Position numbers and translations under genes: made by a program. Positions 41,818-54,304 of a DNA stretch of 64,000 nt are shown piece after piece (positions within the stretch are counted from its first letter, which is position 1; every line of letters begins with the position of its first letter). The stretch comes from Malacoraja senta. Lineage: Eukaryota. The notes under the pieces were generated by a model. That model was not told where the DNA came from, made no database searches, and saw only the letters and a list, made by a program, of their open reading frames with translations. Location of the stretch: contig CM075991.1 in assembly GCA_038087875.1 (NCBI GenBank), positions 9,116,001 to 9,180,000 on the forward strand, written 5' to 3'.

Positions 41818-43635
41818 ACAGGTTTGTAGGTTAATTGGCTTCGTTAAAATTGTAAATTGCGTGTAGGATAGTGTTTGTGCACGGGACGATCGCTAGTCGG
41901 CGTGGTCTCAGTGGGCCGAAGGGCCGGTTTCCATGCTGCATCTCTAAAGTCCAAAGATTCTAGCAGAACCTATGCAAGGCCACTAATGATGGCCTTAGAC
42001 AGCTGCAAAAGCACATATATATGAGGATGAAGTGACGGCCAAGCATCTGAAGAGCTGCCAGATCTTTGAACAGTGCCAAGGCATGTTTCTTTAGGCACCC
42101 CGAGCAATGTTATGGAACTTGGGTTAATGACTTGAATGAAACTTAACAGCTCCCGCAATGCAGTAATGGAAGAAAAAAGGCTTGCATTTAGGTAGCGCAT
42201 TGGTTATCTCAGTCCTGACATCCAGAGGGACTATAATCACAGGGCCTTTGAAACGTGATCACTCAGCATTGTAATGTACAATATTTTAGAAGCCAAATTG
42301 GTGCCACAGAGAGTAAAGTGATAAATAATGAGTCCGGGGTAAGAAAGAGTCTCGACCTGCAATGTCACCTATCCAAGTTCTCCAGAGAGGCTGCCTGACC
42401 TGCTGAGTTACTCCAGCACTTTGTATCCATAAGTTTATAAGCCATAGGGGCAGAATTAGGCCATTTGGCCCATCGAGTCTGCTCCACCATTCAATCATGG
42501 CTGTTCTATCCTTCCCTCTCAACCCCTGCCATTCACCTGCCTTCGCCCCATAACCCATTGACACCCATACTAATCAAGAATCTGTCAATCTCCCATCTAA
42601 AAAATGCCCAAATGATTTGGCTTCCACAGCCATGTGGCAATGAATTCCACCGATTCCACACCATTTTGCATTATGATCAGATAGTCTGATTGCCAATATT
42701 GGTCGACGGTTAAGAATTCAGACCAAGAAGACACCAAGGAGAAATATCACTGCAGGCAGAGGAAACTGCAGATGCTGGAATCTTTTTGCAAAAACACCAC
42801 GTACTGGTGGAACTCAGTGGGACAGACAGCATCTGTGGAGGGAATGGACAGGTGATGTTTCGGGTCGGGTTCCTTCTTCAGACCGGATATATTGTTGTCA
42901 CCATATGGTCCAGGCGGGCAGGCAGGCCCTCATCTGACAAGACTTCACCTCCAACAGTGCAGCGCTCTCTCCCTCAGAACTGCAGTGGAAACTCGGCCGA
43001 GACTGCTTCATTGGAGAAGGAGTCAGGTCCACCCACAAGCTTGTGGTATTAAGAATAAAACAAGATTACAAATAATAAAAATAACTAACTATTCAGTTTT
43101 CTTATTATTGGGCTGTAAGCTTCACTGACAGGGACAATGCTGACTGTTATCGGTGCTAAGAAGCTGCTTGCTGAAAGTACATATTGCCGTGTCTTATCAG
43201 TACTAAGGAGCTGTTTGATGATGCACGTATTACTACTATCTGCTATAGATGTTAATGCCCCTGTCCCACTTAGGAAACCTGAACGGAAACCTCTGGACAC
43301 TTTGCGCCCCACCCAAGGTTTCCGTGCGGTTCCCGGAGGTTCCCGGAGGTTTTTGTCAGTCTCCCTAATGGTCGAAAGTGGTTTCTGCTTCTTCTAAGTT
43401 CCGGTGATTATTTCAAAAAATTCAAAACCGGCCGCGACTAAAAATATGTTGCCGTTTAAAAAATCGGTGATTTTTTAGTTGAAGCCGGTTGCGATGCTAG
43501 TTGAAGGTGGTTGCCGGAGGTTGCAGGTAGTGGAAGGTAAGACCTCCCTGGTGGAATAAAACTGGGTGAAAAAAAGGTCTTACCTTCCACTACCTGCAGC
43601 CTCCGGCAACCACCTTCAACTAGCATCGCAACCTA

Positions 43636-44163
43636 GAGACATAGGAAATCGCCTTGCCGACGAGGTGGCTGAGAAAGTTTCTAGGAGTCACCAAATTGTC
43701 CCTCGGAAAAAGGAATGCCAACCATCCAAGAAGTACTTCAAATACAGGGGGACGCTCCTGCAGAGGTGAAACAGCTGTGGCAGGACCAAAGGTGTATGTA
43801 TGATCCTGCCACTAGCTTATGGGTTATGGGTTATGCCTGCCGCCCAGACTTGCATGTCTGACAAGCTTGCGTTGTGGGTTATTGAATATGTATACTTTGC
43901 AACTCATTGTGGGGCCAAGGCTGTAAGTGATATGCTTTTAGAGACCTGGTGGCATCCAAAACTTCTGGACTTGTCCCAGCGTATCAGCCAGCGATGTTTG
44001 ATTTGCCAGCAGCATAATCCAGGTAAAGGCTTGCCCTGTGAACCAGGTAAGACCCCTTGATCAGCAGGTCCCTTTGAGACCTTGCAAATGGACTACATTG
44101 AGTTGGAAAGATGTCAGTGTTACAAGTATGTTCTTGTCATTGTTGATGTTTTCAGTAAATGGA
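43636..44163 (+). pseudogene. Retroviral pol remnant (RNase H C-terminus and integrase N-terminus)
   Basis: IGNRLADEVAEK, then after a frameshift ATHCGAKA..WWHPKL..CLICQQHNPGK..P*SAGPFETLQMDYIEL..YKYVLVIVDVFSKW (zinc-binding region plus first catalytic Asp). Stops and frameshifts present. Confidence 0.85.
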
Positions 44164-44269
44164 TAAGTTTGCGTTAGCACCTCTCATGTGTGTGGTAGCA
44201 TTATGTTTATGAATGAATCAGACCAAGAGGAAATATAAAGATGCAAAAGACTGAGTGTAGTATGTTTGG

Positions 44270-44808
44270 CAAGACATTCTTGCCATAGAGGGAGTACAGA
44301 GAAGGTTCACCAGACTGATTCCTGGGATGGCAGGACTTTCATATGAAGAAAGACTGGATAGACTTGGCTTGTACACGCTAGAATTTAGAAGATTGAGGGG
44401 GGATCTTATAGAAACTTACAAAATTCTTAAGGGGTTGGCCAGGCTAGATGCAGGAAGATTATTCCCGATGTTGGGGAAGTCCAGAACTAGGGGTCACAGT
44501 TTAAGGATAAGAGGGAAGTCTTTTAGGACCGAGATGAGAAAATCATTTTTTACACAGAGAGTGGTGAATCTGTGGAATTCTCTGCCACAGAAGGTAGTTG
44601 AGGCCAGTTCATTGGGTATATTTAAGAGGGAGTTAGATTTGGCCCTTGTGGCTAAAGGGATCAGGGGGTATGGAGAGAAGGCAGGGATGGGATACTGAGT
44701 TGGATGATCAGCCATGATCATATCGAATGGCGGTGCAGGCTCGAAGGGCCGAATGGCCTACTCCTGCACCTATTTTCTATGTTTCTATGTTTCTATGTTT
44801 CTATGTTT
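44270..44808 (+). mobile_element. CR1 LINE 3' fragment inserted in the ERV
   Basis: LSYEERLDRLGLYTLEFRRLRGDLIETYKI..RVVNLWNSLP; (ttctatgt)n tail. Confidence 0.9.
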
Positions 44809-45987
44809 GAAAGATTCTGTGTGTAACTGGTTTTACAAAGGATGTGAGTTTATTGCAATAGGCAGAATCAGGGATTGTAAAATGTGCGAATGCAAAGGTG
44901 TTGTTAATAAATCATGTATCTAGGGCGTTACTGCACTGTATGAAACTGCAGTTGCCGCGTGTCTGCCTAACACCACCAGTACCATCTGTGTGTGAAACCA
45001 TGTGGACAAATGAAATGGATTGAAGCTTCTCATTCACAGGTCAGGGCTGCATATGGTGAAGCCCCCGCGCTCAAAGTCCCATCTAATATTGAGCCAGGTG
45101 GCTATGTCATGCTAAAGTCGAGGGTCGCACTGCACCACTGCAAATTGATTGGGGAGCCCAATCAAAAGGGGGGAGTAGAGTCATTTTTGTTCTAAATCAG
45201 CCCGAACAAGATTCTCCAACGTCTTGCAAAAAGTGCTTCTTGCAAAAAGTGCTTTATCTTGTTCCAATGGTGACCTGCCAGACTCTGATCAGGTTATCTG
45301 TGAAGCCAGCAAACAAGGTCTGTCCATCTGCAGAGTTGTTTTAGTTTTTACTTTTCTGCTTTGCTTGGGAGTTGTATGTTTACTTGTATCCTTATGACTT
45401 AAGTAGTATCCTTATAAGTTTAGTTTTTGAACCTTTATAACCATATAACCATATAACAATTACAGCACGGAAACAGGCCATCTCGACCCTTCTAGTCCGT
45501 GCCGAACACATATTCTCCCCTAGTCCCATATACCTGCGCTCAGACCATAACCCTCCATTCCTTTCCCGTCCATATAAATATATAATGGTTAAGCATTTCT
45601 TAACCATTTATGGTTAAGAAATGCGACTGATTATCGGACTGACTGACTGAACGACGTTTAAACTTGAGTGACTAAGTCAATTAGTTGATTGTCAATTTAG
45701 TTAGAAATTAGCTTTTTGCGAGCCTTTTTGTGAGCTTTTGTATATTCCAGATGAATTGAAATGAGGTGATTTATCCTGCCATGCATCCTGATGCTACTGC
45801 AGACGGAGGGAAATAAAGGAGAAATTTAACTATGTGTCCCACCCAGTACATGCGTATAGAGTGTTACACCTCTGTAAAGGAGATGTGGTACAGTGCAATG
45901 GCCCAGATGCCTTTGGATCCTGGAACGTCACCAAGATTGACTACTGTAACGGGATACTGCGTCAGCCTGATCAGCAGGTAGACTTTT

Positions 45988-46223
45988 ACCCCCTGTCCCA
46001 CTTAGGAAACCTGAACGGAAACCTCTGGAGACTTTGCGCCCCACCCAAGGTTTCCGTGCGGTTCCCAGAGGTTCCCGGAGGTTTTTGTCAGTCTCCCTCC
46101 CTGCTTCCATTACCTGCAACCTCCGGCAACCACCTGCAACCTCCGGGAACCGCACGGAAACCTTGGGTGGGGCGCAAAGTCTCCAGAGGTTTCCGTTCAG
46201 GTTTCCTAAGTGGGACAGGGGCA
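45988..46223. mobile_element. PIF/Harbinger-type MITE inside the ERV
   Basis: Long TIR cccctgtcccacttaggaaacctgaacggaaacc..; TAA follows the right end. Related truncated copies start at 43256 and ~47512. Confidence 0.85.
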
Positions 46224-46740
46224 TAAATAAAGATAACCGAAACCTGTGGGGATTAATTACCCTGTTGGTTTGGGGAGTGCAAATTTGACTTTTTCTGCAG
46301 ACGGAATCCCTTGGAAGACAACTTGGCAAAGGAACATTTGTATGATGAACTGTGCTATAAAGAGGCCTTGGTTACTAACCCATGGCTAGAGCAATGGAAA
46401 CCGCTCATACAAACAAGGAGAAAAAGTGACATTTTGACAATATAGACTGATCAGAACTTGTTCGCACGGACACATGATACCTTGTTTTCGCCTGAGTCGG
46501 TAATATGTTACCCTTCCACCTCAGTTGAAGGATTGTTCACACCCACCCCTGTTATAGATCCCAGAGAGTATATACGAGGATACTATGAAACACCCCAGCA
46601 GATAATTATAACATTTACGTATGCCTAAATCTTACTCGCCACGTGACAGGGAAAGGAAATTCGGGATACCCCTCTTGTTGGAATGAGACGGGCTACGGGT
46701 GTACTAGCGTTGAGGTGACAGGAAATATGTCATATGTTTT

Positions 46741-46915
46741 GCAATAACTGTACTGTGTTTGTTTGTTGGGATTGCTATTATTAAGTGCATATTAGGTAAG
46801 CTCATGCAGGCTATGTGAAGCATGGGTACTAATAAAATACTGCTACAACATTTAGAGGAAGATGAAAGCATCCCAAGGTTGAAGGATGAGGAAGTTGAAA
46901 GGTTGGAAAAAAAAA
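46741..46915 (+). pseudogene. env-like transmembrane/cytoplasmic tail remnant
   Basis: My translation AITVLCLFVGIAIIKCILGKLMQAM*SMGTNKILLQHLEEDE: a hydrophobic helix then a charged tail, just upstream of the 3' LTR. Confidence 0.45.
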
Positions 46916-48954
46916 ATGTTCAGCGCGGACTTGAAGGGCCGAGATGGTCTGTTTCCGTGCTGTAATGGTTATATGGTTATATGGTTATATGATGGTAAAT
47001 GCGCAAGTTAAGAAAGAATTGTTAGAAGATGAATGTATATAAAATGGAGATAGACCAGTGATATTAAGTCCAGAATAGTTAAGCACCGTAAGGGCTAGGG
47101 TATGAGGCACAGCAGAGGAGTAGGGAACAGCATTGGTGTCAACAAGCCAGCCTGCCGACCTACGTGGTCCAGGTTTTGGGGGCTATAAAGCGTCACGAGA
47201 TTACGAATAAACTTGGATGACTAATAAGCCATTGCTGATGAATCTCTGTCTGTATTATTATCCTATTAGTGGTCATTAATATGACCAAATGGGGGAATGT
47301 GGTATTAAGAATAAAACAAGATTACAAATATTAAAAAGAACTAACTATTCAGTTTTCTTATTATTGGGCTGTAAGCTTCACTGACAGGGACAATGCTGAC
47401 TGTTATCGGTGCTAAGAAGCTGCTTGCTGAAAGTACATATTGCCGTGTCTTATCAGTACTAAGGAGCTGTTTGATGATGCACGTATTGCTACTATCTGCT
47501 ATAGATGTTAATGCCCCTGTCCCACTTAGGAACCCTGAACGGAAACCTCTGGAGACTTTGCGTCCCACCCAAGGTTTCCGTGCGGTTCCCAGAGGTTGCC
47601 GGAGGTTTTTGTCAGTCTCCCCAATGGTCGAAAGTGGTTGCCGGAGGTTGCAGGTAGTGGAAGGTAAGACCTCCCTGGGGGAATAAAACTGGGTGAAAAA
47701 AAGGTCTTACCTTCCACTACCTGCAACCTCCGGCAACCACCTTCAACTAGCATCGCAACCGGCTTCAACTAAAAAATTACCAATTTTTTAAACGGCAACC
47801 AAGGCAAGACAAGCACCCATAGTCAGGATCGAATCCGGGTCTCTGGCACTGTACGGCAGCAACTCTACCGCTGTGTCACTGTGCAGCTCATTTGTAAAGG
47901 ACATTTCTTTTAAAGTGCAGAAAAGATGCACTTACCCATGGAAATGCCGGAAATGCCAGAAATTCTGGTTGAAGAATCCAATGCAGAGGAGAGAGAACTT
48001 CTAAAATCGAAGTGATGCTATTTCTCAATGCATTAGTATGGTTGGGTTTACTGTAAGGAAGGTGTTCGATTTTCCAGTGTGTTAATTCTGTGCACCTGGA
48101 TTAGTGAATGGTATGTTCAGCCCATCTAGGAGTTGACTATGTATTGTGAGTGCGTTGTTTATGTTCAGGGCCAGACTAGGTTACGGATCCGGGTTAATTT
48201 TCTCTTAACGACCTCAGTTCATAAGTTCGAGGAGTGGAATTAGGCCGTTAGGTCCATCATGTCTACTCCATCATTCAATCATGGCCAATCTATCTTTCTC
48301 TCTCAACCCCATTCTCCCGCCTACTCGCCATAACCCCTGATGTCCTTACTAATCAAGAATCTGTCACTCACCACCTTAAAAAATATCCATAGACTTGGCC
48401 CAAATTGACATGTGATGAAACGTTAGTGGTTTGCGTGAATTGACTGTGAGCCCAGCTGTGTTGGTGCTGAGAATTCCCCTGTAAGCAGTTGAAAAAGAAG
48501 TGAATCGAAGATTAAAATATGGTTTAATTTTAATTCTCCCATCAAGGCAAGACTTGTTATCCTATGCCTGCAATGTAAGCAATTCAATTTCAACACCAAA
48601 TTATAGGTATTTGACCTCCTTAATTTATTGTATTGAATTAAATACGGCCACGCAGAACAGGCGATAAAAACTTATCTTTGGTTGCCAGCACTAAATACTA
48701 ATTTGGTCACCATTGTATTTTCTTCCTGCTTGCTTATTTGCATCATGTCAGATTACGTTGATGGTAGACGCAAAATGCTGGAGTAACTCAGCGGGACAGG
48801 CAGCATCTCTGGAGAGAAGGAATGGGTGACGTTTCGGGGTCGAGACCCTTCTTCAGATTACGCTGATGGTTCTGTGTGCAACAAATGTCTATGTGTTCAG
48901 TAGGTTCAGGAGTTCAATGTCAACTTAATGGCTTGGGACACTCTGGAGGTCAGA

Positions 48955-49765
48955 TCATGCACCCCACCAACCGTCACATACAACAAGTGATCCTCCGTCA
49001 GTTTCGCCACCTCCAACGTGACCCCACCACTCGCCACATCTTCCCATCTCCCCCCATGTCTGCCTTCCGCAAAGACCGCTCCCTCCGTAACTCCCTTGTC
49101 AATTCTTCCCTTCCCTCCCATACCACCCCCTCCCCTGGTACTTTCCCTTGCAACCGCAAGAGATGCAACACTTGTCCCTTCACCTCCCCCCTCCACTCCG
49201 TTCAAGGACCCAAGCAGTCGTTCCAGGTGCGACAGAGGTTCACCTGCATCTCCTTCAACCTCATCTATTGCATTCGCTGCTCTAGATGCCAGCTGATCTA
49301 CATCGGTGAGACCAAGCGGAGGCTTGGCGATCGTTTCGCCGAACACCTCCGGTCGGTCCGCAATAACCAACCTGAACTCCCGGTGGCTCAGCACTTCAAC
49401 TCCCCCTCCCATTCCGTATCTGACCTCTCTGTCCTGGGTCTCCTCCATGGCCACAGCGAGCAACACCGTAAATTGGAGGAAATGCACCTCATATTCCGCT
49501 TGGGCAGTCTACATCCTGGGGGTTTGAACATTGAATTCTCCCAATTCTGCTAGCCCTTGCTGTCCCCTCCCCTTCATCAGCCATCTGGTTATCTCCTCCC
49601 CTCCCCCAGCCCTCGGGCTCCTCCTCCGCCTTTTTCCTTTTTTCCTTTCTTCTCCCCACCCCCTATCAGTCTGAAGAAGGGTTTCGGCCCGAAACGTTAC
49701 CTATTTCCTTCGCTCCATAGATGCTGCTTCACCCGCTGAGTTTCTCCAGCATTTTTGTGTACCAT
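48955..49765 (+). mobile_element. Penelope-like retroelement 3' fragment: GIY-YIG endonuclease plus terminal repeat
   Basis: ORF 48876-49553 has CNRKRCNTC..FTC..NLIYCIRCSRCQLIYIGETKRRLGDRFAEHL..VAQHF..LEEMHLIFRLGSLHPGGLN, the Penelope GIY-YIG C-terminus. It is followed by the repeated ctgaagaaggg..gtgtacc unit. Confidence 0.9.
49667..49702 (+). ncRNA. Minimal type I hammerhead-ribozyme-like motif in the Penelope terminal repeat
   Basis: CTGAAGA(49671-77)-A-GGGT[TTCG]GCCC-GAAA-C-GTT: CUGANGA box, 4-bp stem II with UUCG loop, GAAA box and palindromic AACGTT in place of stem III. Stem I is weak. Confidence 0.7.
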
Positions 49766-52700
49766 CTGATCTCTCACTCTGTCCCTGGCTTCACCATTTC
49801 GTCCAAAGATGGTCCCACAAATTACCAAGCCAAAGGGCCGATTACACTCTGTGTAGGAAGGAACTGCAGATGCTGGTTAAAAACAAGGATAGACACAAAA
49901 ACTCGAGTAACTCAGTAGGACAGGCAGCATCTCTGGAGAGAAGGAATGGGTGACGTTTGGGTCTGAAGAAGGGTGTGGCGCCAACCAGCGATCCCCGCAT
50001 GTTAACACTATCCTACACACACCAGGGACAATTTTCCTACATTTACCAAGCCAACTTACCTACTTACTTACATTCTCTCAACCCTTCCATCTTTCCTCCA
50101 CCCATTTGTATCTGGTGTCAGCCATTGAAACTGTTTCTCTTGCATGAAGAAGGGTCTGAAGAACGTCATCCATTCCTTCTCTCCAGAGACGCGGCCTGTT
50201 CTGCTGAGATATAAATGGGTTTGGTACGAGAGGAATATAACAGGGGGCTGGTTGGTTATTAATGAATCCGTTGGCTGAATAGCCTGTTTCTGCACCGTCT
50301 GACCATAATACCGTGATTAAAACGTACACTATAAAATATAAAAGGTATATTTCGGAACATAATAAGGATTGGGCTATAAATCCTCTGCTTGCCATTGAAG
50401 CACACATTCCGTAATTGAATATGTACATTTTTACAGCTTTCAGCTACCTTTGACTAATTGATATATCTGATAGATTTATAGTGGCCAAACTGAAGTTGTT
50501 TTTTCAGGGATTTTAGCTCTGCTGACCCCATTTGGTTGTTGGCTGGAACTAGAGGAATTTTGCTTATTGACTTATTTTCATGGCCCCATCCCAGCACGAG
50601 CCAGACGGAGCAGTCTTGCGAAGAGAAGTGAGCAGCGATGTAATGGCACGGCTGGTAGAGACACTACCTCACAGCGCCAGAGACCCAGGTTCATAGAAAC
50701 ACAGAAAGTAAGGTACAGGATTAGACCATTCGGCCCTTCGAGCCAGCACCGCCATTCAATATGATCATGGCTGCTCATCCAAAACCAGTACCCAGTTCCT
50801 GCTTTCTCCCCATATCCCTTGATCCCGTTAGCCCAAAGAGCTAAATCTAACTCTCTCTTGAAAACATCCAGTGAATTGGCCTCCACTGCCCTCTGTGACA
50901 GAGAATTCCACAGATTCACAACTCTGGGTGAAAAAGTGGCCTACCCCTTATTCTTAAACTGTGACGCCTGGTTCTGGCCTCCCGCAACATGGGGAACATT
51001 TTTCCTGTATCTAGCCAGTCCAATCCCTTAAGAACGTTATATTCAATCCTGACCTCAGCCGCTGTCTGTACGAAGTTCGCCCATTCTTGTGACCGCGTGG
51101 GTTTATATCACAAAGACATGCGGGTTGGCAGGTTAAGCAACCTCTGTAAAATTCTCCCTGGTGAGTCTAGGGAGAGGATGCTAAAGTGGGATAGTATAGA
51201 ACTAATGTGAATGGGTGATCGCCCGTCAGGGTGGGACGAAGGGCTTATTTCCATGTCGTTTCTCTAAACTAAACTAAACTAAAAATGTAAGCTGACAGCT
51301 GCATTTTTGAAGGAAATCTTTCCTCTCTGGGACTTTATTCATGCTAAGATCTCTGCCATAATGAGCTTAGCATGATGGCTTTCATGAGCGTTCAATTCTA
51401 ATTTTTCCCGAACGAGTTATAAGGTCATGAGGTCATAAGTGATAGGAGTAGAATTAGGCCATTCGGCCCATCAAGTCTACTCTGCCATTCAATCATGGCT
51501 GATCTATCTTCCCCTCTTAACCCCATTCTCCTGCCTTCGCCCCATAACCCCTGACACCTGTACTAATCAAGAATCTGTCCATCTCTGCCTTAAAAATATC
51601 CACTGACTTGTTTTCCACAGCCTTCTGTGGCAAAGAATTGAAAAGATTCACCACCTTCTGACTAAAGAAAATTTTCCTCATCTCCTTCCTAAAAGAACAT
51701 CCTTTAATTCTGACGCTAGAGTCATGGAGACCATTGGGGGTCCTAAGAGATGACTAAGATTACATCTCCAGTTAAGGAAGAGAATAAGGTAGTGCTTCTC
51801 CCAGAAGATGCACACTGCCTGGTGACATTAGGGAATCAGACCACTTTAGGTTGCTGGTGTTAAGCTTAGTTTAGTTTCGAGAGACAGCGTGGAAAAAAAG
51901 CCATTTGGCCCTTGGTGTCTGCACCGACCAGCGGTCATCCGAACGCTAGATCTATCCGACACACTAGGGACAATTTACAGAAGCCAATTAACCTGCAAAC
52001 CTGCGTATCTTTGGAATGTGGAGGAAACCTGAGCACCCAGAGAAAACCCACATGGTCACGGGGAGAATGTGCAAACTCTAAACAGACACAGCACGGTCAC
52101 CCGTAGTCAGGATCGAACATTGGGTCTCTGGCGCTGAGAGGCAGCAACTCTACCGCTGCGCCACTCTTCCGGCCAAATGTTAAATGTGTGCTGGAATAAC
52201 AGTTGTTGATTGAACCTACTTTGGCACATAACGGCCAATGTGTTGGATTGCGTAGGACATGGATCCCCCATCTCACTTGCCCCTTATGTGATGCCCTTGG
52301 TCGTACTTTCCATTTGCAGCTGCCCACTGCGGAAGGTGACCAGGTTATATGTGTGGTGTTTGTACAACACAGCCCCAAATACACGCTAACTATTGGCCTT
52401 CTGACACCTCAAATTATCCGAGGTCTGGCCTTTTGACACCTCAGATTATGCCAGGGATGCTTCCTGACATGCTGAGTTACACCAGTACTTTGTCTCAATC
52501 TTGGGTATAAACCAGCATATGCAGTTCCCTGTGTCTACATGTATATATGTGGTTGTCTTAAGTATTTATTGCTATGCCACATATAATGCCCTGAAAAAAA
52601 AAGAGAACATTGCTTAATTAACCTGTGGTAATTGTGTCCTCATTAAAAAGGTGAATATCGTGGATTGTGTGTAAAGCTTGTACATTTCTATGAGGATGTG

Positions 52701-53383
52701 TTAAAGATGATAAAATATAGTCATTTTTCAGTTTTATTTTCCAACCTAGTTTCTCCCAAAGGGCTCGAAGCTGGGATTTACAAGCAGCTGTCTATCAGCG
52801 GTTATTCACGGTTTGTCCTTTATATATTCCCAGTTAAATTACTCAAGCTCAAGAATGAGTTTAAAGGAACAAGATGAGTGAAATTCTGTTTTGGTGCAGT
52901 AGCTAAGATGAACAATCCTGTTTTCTGCGTGAGGGGTCGTACAGTTGACACAAACATCTGGAAGACTAAATCGCCGGTCATCGGGAATTTTTGCATTATT
53001 GGTAGTGTGCTGGCGTCTATTCAGAAAGTGTCCATTGCTATAGATGCCTAGAGTCAGTGAGTGATACATTGTGGAAACAGGCCCCTCGGCTCAACTTGCC
53101 CACACCGGCCAACATGTCCCAGCTTCACCACCTGCCCGCGTTTGGTCCATAATATTTGTTCAAACCTGTCCTATCCAAGTACCTGTCTAACTGTTTCTTA
53201 AACATTGAGATAGTCCCTACCTCAACCATCTCCTCTGGCAGCTTGTTCCATCCCTTTGTGTGAAAAAGTTACACTGTTGCTAGCTGCCTCTGCTCACGGT
53301 CTGGCTGTCTATTTTTTTTTTGTTGTGATTAGAGTGTGTTTTTTTAGTTTTTTTGTTTTTTTTCGGTATTTATGTGGGGGGAA

Positions 53384-54304
53384 CCATTACCATTACCATT
53401 ACCAAGCACTTTATTTGTCCCCGAGGGGCAATTTAAACAAACAATACATTTAATCTGCACCGACCGGTCGACCGCATGAGCAGCGACCCGGCAATGGATT
53501 GGGTTGTCAGCAGCGATACAATAAAAAAGAACACACAAAAGGTAACACAAACATCCACCACAGCATTCATCACTGTGGTGGAAGGCACAAAAATTTGGCC
53601 AGTCCTCCTCCATTTCCCCCCCGTGGACAGGACCAGAGTCCAAGTCAGTCCAGGATCGGCTCTTCCTCACCGGAGACCGCGGCTTTAGATTGTTATGGGC
53701 CGCAGGCCGGCGGTCAAGATTTAAGGTTCCCTGCCGCAGCCAGAAGCACCGTAGACTGCAGGGCCGGCGGTCGAAGCTCCCCTCCAGGGGTGATGGTAAG
53801 TCCATGCCGGCCCCGCGGTAGAAGTTGGCCGCGGGCCGGCAATGATGGCTTCTTCTTCTTCCCCCGGGTCCCCCAAGAGGGATCCCGGGCTGTAGACGCC
53901 GCACCAGCTGGAGCTTTGCAGACCGCGGCTTCAGGCTGCGACTTCAGGCTGCCGGCTGCCCCGGGCCAGCGAAACGGAGCGCTCCCCTCCAGCGAGCCCC
54001 AGCGAGGGTTCACCCGCTCCACGCCGAGAGTCCACGCTGCGCCCGCCGCTGAAGCCCGGGCACGTCTCCGGGAAAGGCCGCGCCGATTCTTGATGTTAGG
54101 CCACGGGGGAGGCGACCTGGAAAAAGTCGCCTCTCCATGGAGGAGGCGACCGAAGCGGTTTCCCCCTTACCCCCCCCACACCACCCCCCACACAAGACAC
54201 ACAAAGAAACATTAATTACACATTTTAAAACATACTAAAAATAAAAAATAAAGTTGAAAAAACTGACGCACTGCTGACATGGCTGCTGCCAGAACAGCGC
54301 CCCC
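53384..54304 (-). mobile_element. GC-rich non-coding retroposon nested in a related element
   Basis: Minus strand: GC head, T-tract, G-run GGAAAC, hairpin, GC-rich body, ggtggatgtt motif, AATAAA and (ggtaat)n tail. Confidence 0.6.

Larger units (their letters stand above)
43042..47800 (+). mobile_element. Decayed endogenous retrovirus with two LTR-like direct repeats
   Basis: Near-identical repeats starting TGTGGTATTAAG at 43042 and 47298; purine tract aaatgggggaa directly before the second. Contains RNase H end (GNRLADEVA), integrase remnant and env-like TM segment. Confidence 0.8.
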
